64,000 nucleotides of DNA from Yuukianura sp. NJ FZ-2021 (taxonomy: Eukaryota), in the NCBI GenBank assembly GCA_046563655.1, contig CM102286.1, positions 13,950,001 through 14,014,000 of the forward strand, written 5' to 3'. Made by a program: the position numbers and the translations under genes. The first letter of the stretch is position 1; each line of letters starts with the position of its first letter. Below, in pieces: positions 53,434 to 64,000 of the stretch. Below the pieces are notes generated by a model. The model made no database searches. It was not told where the DNA came from and saw only the letters and a program-made list of their open reading frames with translations.

Positions 53434-54567
53434 GAGCCACGATCACAGAGGAAGCATTAAAATTGTATTACCGTAATCTAACCTTAACCAGAAGAAAAAC
53501 TTGGTTTCATTTGGAGATCACACTCCAAAAATTGGTTAGATTAAGATAACCCTTGGATTAGCCCTTAACCTAACCAGTTTTCCATCGTGACACATGACGC
53601 GCGGTATTTGAAAACTTAAAATGTAAACAAAGAGCAGCTGCTTACATACACAACCAAGTTCAAATCTCTTCACCTTAGTTCCAACGAATAACTGATCAAT
53701 TCAATGAAGTACCAATTGCGGTTGTGACTCAACTAGTATAGTATATAGTACTAGTTGGCCGTAACTCGCATTGTGTAGCCATCGTTGTCATTGTTTATGC
53801 CTAAATCGGTGACCTTGTTATTACATAATCAATCACCCCAAACTGTTAGACGTACACGGACGTAAGTAAAGTGTTAGTCTACCTTCTGGGCAAAGATCAT
53901 TCAAGTTCATGTGAGTTCACGGCCGTCTATTTAGACGAGTCAAGGCCACATGAATAGTTGTACTGACGACATGAGGTGGGATGATACATTAAGTACCGAG
54001 TAGACAGCGAATGGAACCGATTAGTGATGGATGATTCATTAAGTACCTAGTAGACAGCGAATGGAACCGATTAGTGATGGATGATACATTAAGTACCGAC
54101 TAGACTCCGAATGGAACCAAACAGTGATGACAAGAGTTGAAATCGTACGTTATTACTTCGGGGGTTCATAATGGAGACGGGCCAACAGCCCTTTTGGAGT
54201 ATTAATGTAAACGTCACACGAAAATATGGAAAACGGCATCGGTCGTGACTCAAATGAATGGTCGTGACTCGATGGAGATATGATGTAGTCGGGAGCTTCA
54301 CCTTATTACCGAGATAAAACTGCTCCGGACTGGTTTTTACTTTGGAACTAAAATCTGGTTAGAAAAGTGAGGTGTGATCTCCAAACTTCTAAATCGGTAA
54401 TAAGTTGGAGGGCGATCACACCCTAACCAGAATTTTTGGGGTTATCTCACGATTATCTCACGATTAAGGATAATCCGGGAAAAAACAGTTTAGCTGTTTT
54501 GGTGTGATCGTCCTTTTTTCCTAACCCGGCATTAAAATCCGCTAATGCCCCTGTGTGATCGTGGCTC
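53434..54567. mobile_element. Non-autonomous DNA transposon, PIF/Harbinger-like, with an internal ~51-bp tandem repeat
   Basis: Imperfect TIRs GAGCCACGATCACA(G/C)AGG..GCATTA with CAG on both flanks (3-bp TSD); about 2.6 copies of GGATGATACATTAAGTACC...GAATGGAACCGATTAGTGAT at 53979-54130. Confidence 0.7.
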
Positions 54568-54703
54568 CAGGAGCTCCAAATTGAAGTGATATCTAAAAAT
54601 ATTAAACAAAAACCTGCAGCTTTCAGCGGAAGAAGAATTATTTTTAGTTCCTTTTCTCGAAATTTCTAGAAAATTTACGATGAGAAAACAGAAAACACAC
54701 ATT

Positions 54704-54715
54704 TTTGGCGGGAAA
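54704..54715 (+). promoter_or_regulatory. E2F binding site upstream of DTL/Cdt2
   Basis: TTTGGCGGGAAA about 320 bp upstream of the ATG of a known E2F-target family gene. Confidence 0.6.
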
Positions 54716-55031
54716 CTTTCCCTCCACTTTTCTCTCTTCTCTTCGGTCGGCTCCTTTTTTTTTCTTTTTTTTTTTTCAAAAAAGTTTCGCTTTTGATTTT
54801 CACCTTGTTTGTTTTTGATTTTGTTGGAAACTTTTAAAAACAAATTCTTCAATAATTAAACATTATACACAAGGATCGAAGGGAGTTACATTTCGATTGG
54901 TGACTGGTAAGTAACTGCTTGTGAAAGGTGAAAACTGGCTTGCTTAAGTTCATTGAGCATTGTTTTACAATAATACCTATGTTAGGTTAGGACTTAATTG
55001 AAGTCTTAATTGATTTATGAAAATCTTATAG

Positions 55032-57259
55032 ATGGACGGAGAAGAAAGAATGACAGGAACATTTCCACTATCGGTGTTGATGGGACGTGAGTTGGGGTTT
55101 GGCATGGGGTCAACCAAGTCAGCATTGAAGTACAAACAGAAATTGACAAAGTTGACTTATCGAGAGGAGGATCGAATGGTCGTATCTCCAATGAATCCGA
55201 TTTATTCTATGGAGTTTTGCCCCATTACGACACAACCCAAAATTTTGGCTGTCAGTGATGAAATTGGAGGAGTCACGTTGATTGATACACAAACAAATTT
55301 TAAATCCAAAATTGTCACACGTAAAACTCAAATCAAAGAAACGTTAATTAACCAAGGTTCACCTTTTTTACGAATTTTCATTGCTCTTGATAGGTCACGA
55401 GTGTCATACATGTTCGCTATATAGCGTGACATGGTCAATTCCGACTCCTAATCTTCTTGCAACTGGAGCAAGTGATCAAACAGTTTGTGTATGGGATGCA
55501 AACACGTTTCAAAAAGTGCGATGTTATCATGGTCACTCCAAAACAGTTAGACGAGTCAGATTTCATCCTACCGACTCTGGTAAAAACAGCAATTAATTTC
55601 ATCTATCTATCGCATACGATGTTCGTAAACTTGTGAATGCTTATTGCTGTTTCTGAAACAGGCAAAATTGGGAGTTGCAGCCGCGACGGAAGTATTCTTT
55701 TATGGGATTTGCGCTGCTCAGGAGTTGATCCTATGAACATTATAGCTTGTGCTCATAGACAAAAACATCCGGGTAACTTCAACTCTTCATTTACTTTTAG
55801 ATCGGTTTCATTTTTATTCCCGGGCTGGTTTTCATTTTGTGTGATCGTAGGTATTTCGCAAGGTCGGAAGAAAGGTCATAAGAACAGTCCGCAAATCTCT
55901 ACTCCCGTGACAGACTTCTTATTTATGGACGACAATACCCTGATTTCTTGTGGAGCCACTGATTCGTTAGTTATTTTATTTGATATAACATCAATTTAAG
56001 TATTTGAACTCTACAATGTTCAATGTTTGATTTACATAGGCAAATTAAGTTCTGGGATATTCGGAAAACATACCAGTATTTGCAAAAAGTTGAACCAGTT
56101 CGTCAGCTTGACTACGATGTGGCCAACTGCACTGGCTACTCCTCCATGACACTGGACAGTTACGGGAATCTCTACATTTCTACTGCCAAGGACGACATTA
56201 TTCGATTTCAAGTTTACAATGACTCTAATACTCAGCCCGGTACAGACGAAAAATTGAAAAAACTTGCCCAATTGATTATTATTCCAACTTGAATTCACAA
56301 TATTCTGACTATTTGGTTTCATCTGTTCTCTAGATTCAATTTTTAAGCGACCATCATCTGATTACAGCATCAACATTGGACTGAGTGATGACGGAAGATA
56401 CTTGGTGTCTGGTTCTGTCACTCCTTTTGCCTGTATTTGGGATACTTGGGACAAGAGTACGCAGTTACCATTTGTCCAATTGGAAGGAACTCGTAATGGA
56501 GTATTTTCTACTCCTTGTGCCTTGTTTTCTCCCAATGATCCACTCAAAGTTGTAACTGGCTCGGATGATTCAAGTTTGACCATATGGAGACTCAATATGA
56601 ATGGAAACAACTCAACAACAGGTATTTACGAAAGCGGAACGTCCGAAGACATTCCGTTGGCACCATTTCAAGACATCAATCTGCCAGAAAAGAGGTTCAT
56701 ACCCAAACATCACCGCAGATCATTGACTTTAACTCCTGTGGACCGTTCATACTTCACTGATCTTCCGAATTTTGTCATGGACGGACAGTTACCGCATGTT
56801 GCCAGTACCACTGGACGAAGAGTTAGCAAGTCTCATACCTGGTTGGCCAATTTCAGTCTTCCAAAACCATCCAAAGTCCCTATAAAGAAAACAATCAAGT
56901 TGAAGCGAAAAGTGGTTCCGGCTTCTTCCAGTAGTTCCGAACTGGGAACTGAAAGTGACTCTGCCGTCGTCACTCCCGTGACGAAACTTCCCCCGAAGAG
57001 TCGCTCTAGCACTGGACCACCTAAGAAACGTCAACGTTTGCGTGGAGGAACACCAAGTTCAAAGTCCAGTCGTGAAAAGAGAAAAAGTCTCAAGAAGGCA
57101 ATGGCAGAGTGTAACATGGAAAACGATCGACTGGAGTCCCAGTGTCCCTCGATTCTCAAATATTTTAGTCCAGTTGCATCACCACAAACACTCCAATCTG
57201 GACCACCGCTACGGGATATCCACCTTTCAGAATTCGATACTTCCGAAACTACTATTTAA
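55032..57259 (+). CDS. DTL: Denticleless/Cdt2 WD40 substrate receptor of CRL4, multi-exon
   Basis: WD40 repeats (LATGASDQTVCVWD, SCSRDGSILLWDLRC, ISCGATDS.IKFWDIRK, VVTGSDDSSLTIWR), LPNFVMDGQLPH and a C-terminal PIP-like SILKYF. Confidence 0.88.
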
Positions 57260-57989
57260 AGTAGGCTAAGTGGCTAAGTTTCTTAAGGGTATAGTTTTTA
57301 TGCATGTCGTTGCCTATTTTTATGTTCGTTGCTAGGTTACAGACTGATTCCAGAGGTAGATCAACTCAGGTTTAGTGTCCAATTTTGCTAATCTCAGCAT
57401 GATTTTTTATAATTTAGCAATACTTTTCATACTTGAGTTGGGATGTTCGGTTGTAAACCCGCCGAAAGCATTAGTGTTGGCATAATTATTGCCAAGGTCA
57501 TGAGTTAATTGTTATTGAAACTAATCTCAGACATTAGCAATTTAATCCGTCAATGGGATTCGGAAGTTATAGTTAAAGGGCTACGTTTTAACACGCGAAA
57601 TCGAAATCTCACACTCCCTGGAACTGCGTTGTGGGCGGGATTTCTTATATTTTGAATAAATATCAAACACTGCTTTTCTTTAATTTGCAGTTATCTTCTA
57701 CGGTAAGTGTTTTTACACAATCTGTTCTTTAACTTATTGGCGGAGATGACAGTTGACTAATTGACAAGTAACGCCAGTTACAGGAGTGGCTGCTGCGCAG
57801 GGTCGGGTCAAACGATATTACGTCAATTACTTAAAAGGTGAGAAAACGTGTTGTCAATTGAATTGTAAAACATGTCGGGCCAAATTACTAAGTATGAAGT
57901 GAGTGAGTGTGTCTTTTTTTTTAATTTTTTACTTTTTCTTATTACAGGACTTACAAGGATGATGAAATTCTCGAGGAATCTCCACTTGT

Positions 57990-58005
57990 AGCAGAGTGGC
58001 GCAGT

Positions 58006-58039
<34 letters not shown>

Positions 58040-58062
58040 TGGATCGAAACCTCCCTCTGCTA
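57990..58062 (+). tRNA. Initiator tRNA-Met (CAT)
   Basis: AGCAGAG/CTCTGCT acceptor stem (A1-U72), TTGGG/CCCAA anticodon stem with three G-C pairs, ATCGAAA T-loop, downstream T-run terminator; one extra T in the T-stem. Confidence 0.9.
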
Positions 58063-58183
58063 ACAATTTTTTTTTAATAAAATATTGTAAAATTATTTTT
58101 GATGGATTAGGTAATTTTTTACCATTTATTTTTTCTAATAAAGGCTATACCGTTGAGTTTGGATTTTTTGAACTTTAGGTACA

Positions 58184-59507
58184 ATGCTAAAGGACGAAGA
58201 AACGCTTGGAAGCGAGCGGGAGCGCCGGAATTCAAATTACAACGAATACTTGCCGCCATCACCGGAGTTGTCCAAGCCTTTTGACGATGAAGATTTGTGT
58301 TGCTGTGAGTATGTCAACGTAAAGGGAGAACGGACTCATCTCCTTGGATTCTTCTGTGACTGTGATACACTGGATGATTCAGTTGAAAGGTTAATTGATT
58401 ATTAATTAGTCACAAGTTGTCTAAATTTTCAAAATCTTATAGAAGCAAATTCAATTTCAGACTAATTCGGAGACAAGACATTCCGGAATCTCACTTTCGT
58501 GATTTGTGCTCAACTATTGAAGATCGTCTGCGTATTCCTTGGCGAGGTGGTGCCAGACGAATCAATCTATTAGCCTTGGCTCCAGTAATTGTACTGCCGC
58601 TACTTGGATACTTCTCAACGTTTGGTCCAGTTTCAACATTCATTGCCTTTCTACTCATCCCCATCTTCTTACGGATTGTTACTAAGTGTATCGGTAACAA
58701 ACGCACTCCGTTCCACTATTCCCTTAGCTTATCCAGTTTACTCTACTCCTTCCTCGTAAGTTTTCAAAAACAAAAGTGATGACCTTGCCCTTGCCAGTTG
58801 GCAATGAACAATTTTGATTTTCTGATTCTAGGTCGTCCATTCTGTTACAAAACATAATGTTTTTTGGTACACGTTCAACTGGATGTTGTTGGTATCCGTT
58901 TTTGGTGGAATGCACATAGTCAAATGGAAAGGCAGAAGAGACAGTGCCCTCGTCCTGGACAACTTGCCATTCTACTACTACTGTCGAAAGTGTCAATTCT
59001 ACATTAACGGACGAGACCATCACTGTAACTGGCTCGATTGTTGCGTGGGGCAAAACAACCGTTGCTGGTTTATGCTAACGATCTCATTGGGAATTACTTG
59101 GATTCTGGGCATAATTTATTCTTACTACTACTGTTCTTATTGGCAGAATGGCTCCATTACAGAAACAATTTACAAGGACTTTAGGTAAGGCTAACTTTAA
59201 CTATAATCGTCGTGTTTGTGAGCTTAATTACATAGCGGAGCAAGCCGGTTAATATGAAAATGTGCACTTGCAATTATAACTTTAAGTAAATCAATAACTT
59301 GTTTCTTTCAGTTCTGCCATCGCATTTACGACTACGCTGTACGGAATGATCATCTTACTGTTTCTTATTGGAATTCTGGCACATCAAGTCAATATGATGT
59401 GGAAGGGCATGTCTTACTTGGATTGGAAGTTTAAGGACGTGTGTTATGCGCCTAATAAACAGGCCTGTCAAAAATATGTGCCAAAAACCACCAAAATATT
59501 TATTTAA
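58184..59507 (+). CDS. ZDHHC23: DHHC palmitoyltransferase, ZDHHC23-like, multi-exon
   Basis: N-terminal LCCCEYVNVKGERTHLLGFFCDCDTLD and LRIPWRGGA (ZDHHC23-type); CRKC...RDHHCNWLDCCVGQNN. Confidence 0.88.
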
Positions 59508-60271
59508 ATATGTATCAAAAACCGTGAAATATGGTCTAAGATATTTACTAAAAGTTCAATATTTATTACTTTTAAAAAGGAATCGAAAAATTCCTGATGC
59601 TTTTAAGCCTATAAAACTATCAATACATTTATGTGTTTGTCGGATAAAGCATGTAGGGCACGGCAGAAGAACAATGTACGACGGAACCGTGAATTGTTTA
59701 CTTGAATCTTTGCGCTATGTAGACTCAGGCATACTTGCCACCGACAAAATCGACACGACAAATTAAAATGCGGATAATGTTTTTTTTTCGGATTCAGGTT
59801 TTCTTTCGGCTGACACGAACTCACATTCATTGGTCTATGAAAAGTATAAGGGGCTCCTTAATACAAACATTAAAACAAACCTAACAGGATTAGTTGGGGA
59901 AAAACATTTCTCATTGCATCCGCTCAGTGTATCGATTGTGTGGTTACAAATACCGTGGCGTACGGCACGCGCTGTAATTGAACGGGCGAAATTCTGGTTT
60001 ACTTTGACCGGTTTCCTTTCTAAAAACCGCCATTTTTACCGATCAAACGGATCGCCGCCCAGACATATGTTAGGTTAGCGAAAAAATCCGAAAAGTCTTG
60101 ACGAAAAAGTCCGAAAACTGTCATTTTTCAGTTGTTTTTCACAAAAAAGTGACGAAACAGCGAAAATATGTACGTAAATATTTACTAAAACCGTAAATAT
60201 TTTTTTCCGTCGAAAGCGCCTGAATATTTAAAAAATATGTTATATGTAAGTACATATGTTTGACAGGCCTG
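59460..60271. mobile_element. hAT-type non-autonomous transposon (812 bp)
   Basis: 20-bp TIRs CAGGCCTGTCAAA(A/C)ATATGT and a perfect 8-bp TSD CTAATAAA (59452-59459; 60272-60279). Confidence 0.92.
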
Positions 60272-60459
60272 CTAATAAACAATGTTTGTTTTAATTAGTA
60301 ACTACGGTAATAGCACTTGTTTAGTTTGTAAAAGTCGCAAACATCGGCAAAAGAAAGCGCTGTCGCTCAAGAAACCTGGGAAAATTTGAATTCGGGTGGG
60401 AAAAAATTGCCGCCTTTTGGTTTATGTAAACAACTTTTCCGAGACAGTGACATTGAAAT

Positions 60460-60739
60460 TGAAAAATGGCGTGGCTCAGCGTAGGAAGGTCGTACAATGA
60501 CCAACAATATATCAAACTTTAGGAAAAGACTTGATCTAGTACCCTGTCGGAGAAAATTACACAATTTTAGTTCTAACTGTGAAAAAAATTGACTCAAACA
60601 TTCCACCTCCATATTTACATAGATAGAACTAAAATTTTGTAATTTTCTCCGACAGGGTACTAGATCAAGTCTTTTCCTAAAGTTTGATATATTGTTGGTC
60701 ATTGTACGACCTTCCTACGCTGATCCAGACCATTTTTCA
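60460..60739. repeat. Long near-perfect inverted repeat (116-bp arms, 48-bp spacer)
   Basis: 60460-60575 is the reverse complement of 60624-60739 with few mismatches. Confidence 0.92.
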
Positions 60740-61406
60740 TTTGATGAGTTACAGCCGCATTTTGACCCCCCGTTTCCAGGGTGTTCGCACACCTTAAGAA
60801 AAATGTTAAATAAAAAAGAAAGTAAATGAAGTCACTGCTAGTTGTGTAACGTTTTTAAATAGTCATTCATTTCGTCATGTTCTGAAAGTGTTTTATTGAT
60901 GTTGTTCTATTTAGAGCAATCGCGTGATGCCAAAATGTTCCTTTTTATTTCAGGCTTACGCTTAGCATAATTCATGTTAAGTGGTCGCATTCTTCTCCAG
61001 TGGCTAACAATTTAGCACTATGTATTTTTAAATTCTTTAGCTCTAAATTTAAAATTAGATCATTCCGAATCTGATTTCCTATGGATAATCCAGCGTTTTC
61101 GAAGAAATGCTAAACCAATTACCTCATCGGCATTGCTTAAAGGTTTCAAAATATATGTTAAAAAAAAAACTTTGATGTACGTGACACCAGGAAACGAATC
61201 GCAGTTAGTTTATGTTTACCGGTAACTTTCTAGTTTTGCTAAACTTACAACTTAAGACGTGTTAAAAGCGTCGTTTGCATTGGTTATCGTAAACATCGAT
61301 CATATCTACTACTTTGTTTTTACGTCTTGTTGCAGAAATTATATACTGTAAGAACATGTAACTTCTCTCTACATAACTTACAGACTGTAGAAAATTTTAG
61401 TTTGTA

Positions 61407-61770
61407 CGGTAAACCCTCTCAAATTGCAACACGTTTTGTTATGGCTGGGTGGAGCCTAAGGTTTTTGGAGGGAACTACCTGCTGACACTCTGGATCAGTG
61501 TTGCTGGACGAAACTGGGCGTTAAATCCAGTGGATGATATATTTCATCCGGTTTTATCCGGCAGAAATATAAATATTGGATGAAATGGATAGAATTGGAT
61601 ACTTACACCTAATCTGACATCCTGTATTAAAAAATAGGTGATAGAAAGTATTGTATCCATCCGCGCTTTAGATGTTCAAATACCTCTGATGCCTATAATC
61701 AGAAAATTTACGGTAATTGCCAATTCCCAACTATTAATCACAGCGAGTTGCAATTTGAGGGGGTCTACTG
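61407..61770. mobile_element. MITE related to 17500-17848
   Basis: TIRs CGGTAAACCCTCTCAAATTGCAAC / GTTGCAATTTGAGGGGGTCTACTG flanked by TA. Confidence 0.7.
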
Positions 61771-62083
61771 TAGTGAATTAAGTTAATAAGGAGAAAGATG
61801 AACTCATTTGTTTTCTTAGGATTGCTACTACGACTACATATAGTAGTAGTACGTGGCATTTGTAAAATGTAAATTGATGATTAACGGATGCTAACAAGCC
61901 TTTTTACCTTCTAGATTTATCTAGGCTACTAATTGACAAGTCTTTTCCTAATTTCAGCTCGAGTGGACACCTATAAATAGGACACAGCGACTTTGTAAGA
62001 AGCCATACCAATCTAAACCTTAAATGCAACGCTCCAATTTCAAAATTTAGAATTTCCAAAATTTAAATTTCATTTTTGAAGCC

Positions 62084-62364
62084 ATGAAGTTCCAACGCAT
62101 CTTTGTCCTCTTCGTTGCCTTCTTTTTCCTGTTCGTATCGCTCTCGAGTAGCGTCGGTAAGTAGTGATTTAGATATATTTCAATTAATGAAATATTCGAA
62201 TTAATGAAAATGCTTTTAGAAATTAAATTTTAGATTGAAAATTTGAATTTGTTTTGTTAGATGGTGCTCCGGCGTTTGCTAGAGGAAGACGCGGAAGGCA
62301 TCGTAAAGATCATGTTGGAGGAAAGGAGTACCGTGCGGCAGATGAGTTTGGGGACAAACGCTGA
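62084..62364 (+). CDS. Small secreted cationic peptide (58 aa; exons 62084-62156, 62261-62364)
   Basis: TATAAAT at about 61973; MKFQRIFVLFVAFFFLFVSLSSSVDG-APAFARGRRGRHRKDHVGGKEYRAADEFGDKR*; phase-1 GTAAGT...TTAG intron. Confidence 0.7.
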
Positions 62365-62852
62365 TTGTCGTCGACGTTGAAATGATATGACGCTGCTGAA
62401 AATGACGCTTGGTCACTGCTGGCAACATCGCTGCATTTGAGTGGTGGAATTCAGCATCAAGGATTCTCAAATCTTAGCTGTTAATCTTTATGTTTTTATA
62501 TAAAATTATTTTTATAAAGAATTTTGTACAAACTTGCTAATTTTGAGGTTCCTTACAGCTTGTACAAAACTTTTTTATGAATTATTTTTGCAACTAGTTG
62601 TTATCAATTTAATTTTGGTAATAAAATGTAAGATTCAAGTAATTTTTTTGACTTATGAAAACCTTATCAAAGCTGTTGTCATGACGGTGAAAATTTTTGC
62701 TGAGTTAGAAAAGTTTTAATTCATGTGATTTTTTTAGATTACACTTCTACACTGTTATATTTGATTTATTGGTTTTGATTTGACACAAAGTTCACCGTGT
62801 ATTGGAATTTTTAGTGACCTTGACCTCTAGGTCACAGTTTAACTTTTGAAAC

Positions 62853-64000
62853 ATGGACGTTAGTGATGCTCCTTCGGAAACTTTGGTGGCCTTGAAGGAC
62901 CTTCCACTCGAAGAAAAATCTCAACTGTTGTCAAATAGAAAGTCAGTTTATTTTTAAAGTTTTTTAAAAAATTAATAAGTTGATCAAATTTTTAAGAAAA
63001 GTTTGATTCCATTTTCAGTGTTGAGGAAATTCAAATAGTGGCAGACCGCGTCCAAATTCTTGAAGAACACATGCGGCACTTGTATGACAACATGGTGGAG
63101 TTCATACACGGAAAAGCATTGTACGAATTTCGAAAAAATGACTTTCTAAAAAAAACTCTTGAGTTTTAAAACTTTTTTTTTTGACATTTTTGAGAGCTTT
63201 TTTGGAATTCCAGATTACGTGATGTTGGAGATGGACTGGCAAAAGTTTTCAACCAATTTGGTCAACTGGACCAGTTGCCAGTGCCCACTTCAACCAACTA
63301 CACAATGATCCTTCTTGGAGACGCTGTTCTGAACATTGGAGACAAAATGTAAGAAAATTTTTCGAAATTTTGAAATTCTCTTTTTTCAAAATTTTCAAAA
63401 CTTTTTCCTTCCAAACTTTTTTGAATTGAGGTTTTTGAATTGGGTTTTTAGGGATTCTGAGATCGGTCACTTCGAAACCAAAATATTTCCAATTTTTGCA
63501 TCGTTTGGCTCAGCATTTAAGTCGATGAAGAATCAAATCGCTGAAGCAAGACAAGCAGAGGATCAGCATGTTGTAAAAAGAAACGAATACATTCGATTTC
63601 TAGAACGAACGAGGAACACCGATGATGACAAATATGTAACTAATCACAAAGTTAATTAACTTTTAGCACAATTTTTATTTACTTTTGATTTTTTTCTAGG
63701 TTGAAAAAGAGGAGCACTTGAAACAAAAGTTGATTCACTGCATGAACCAGTCGTCAGCCTGCCGTCGAAAAAGTGTCAAGAAACTTGCCAAATTGGAAAA
63801 GAAAAAGTGCGAAGACCTCAAAAAACTTTTGTCAAAATGGTTTTTAGCACAAGCGTCAGTGGCTGGAAAAACGCTGGAACTGTCCGTTGAAGCTAGTCGT
63901 ACTGCCATGTCCATCGACACTTCTGGAGATATCAATGTCTGTTTTTCAAAAAATACTATTTTTTAAAATTTCGATTATAATTTGTTCAAAATTGCAGAAA
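62853..64000 (+). CDS. FAM92/CIBAR-like BAR-domain protein, 3'-truncated by the window end
   Basis: RLRDVGDGLAK and LEKKKCEDLKKLLSKWFLAQASVAGKTLEL...IDTSGDI parallel the recalled FAM92 BAR-domain motifs. Confidence 0.65.

Noticed and set aside
53979..54130. 51-bp tandem repeat as an independent functional element
   Set aside because: It lies inside a TIR-bounded non-autonomous transposon.
60272..60295. CaaX prenylation motif in the pre-insertion ZDHHC terminus (KQCLF)
   Set aside because: The Cys is third from the end, not fourth.

Overview
AT-rich eukaryotic (animal, most likely arthropod) genomic DNA with many short GT-AG introns. Core metazoan genes recognised from motifs: DENND2/ST5-like, PGAP3, CDKN3-like, a tetraspanin, ACE-like peptidase, EF-hand protein, F-box/LRR protein, fibrinogen-related protein, DTL/Cdt2, tRNA-iMet, ZDHHC23-like and FAM92/CIBAR. 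The standout is an intact, intron-containing, head-to-head pair of fungal (Mucorales-type) carotenoid genes at 39.2-44.2 kb: fused lycopene cyclase/phytoene synthase (carRP/carRA-like) and phytoene desaturase (carB-like). This points to a horizontally acquired carotenoid pathway in an animal chromosome. The pair carries an array of CRE (TGACGTCA) motifs in one intron, a pogo-type transposon in the carB 3' UTR and duplicated carB tails downstream. A second fungal-looking tandem pair of NADPH-dependent alkenal/double-bond reductases (one frameshifted) lies at 0-2.3 kb. Other observations: a catalytically dead CDKN3, an HMG-less BAF57/SMARCE1-like gene, a two-member 6-Cys GPI-type protein family, a hAT element that rewrites the ZDHHC C-terminus, and a candidate cationic secreted peptide. 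All family assignments come from motif recognition and hand translation; no database search was run.
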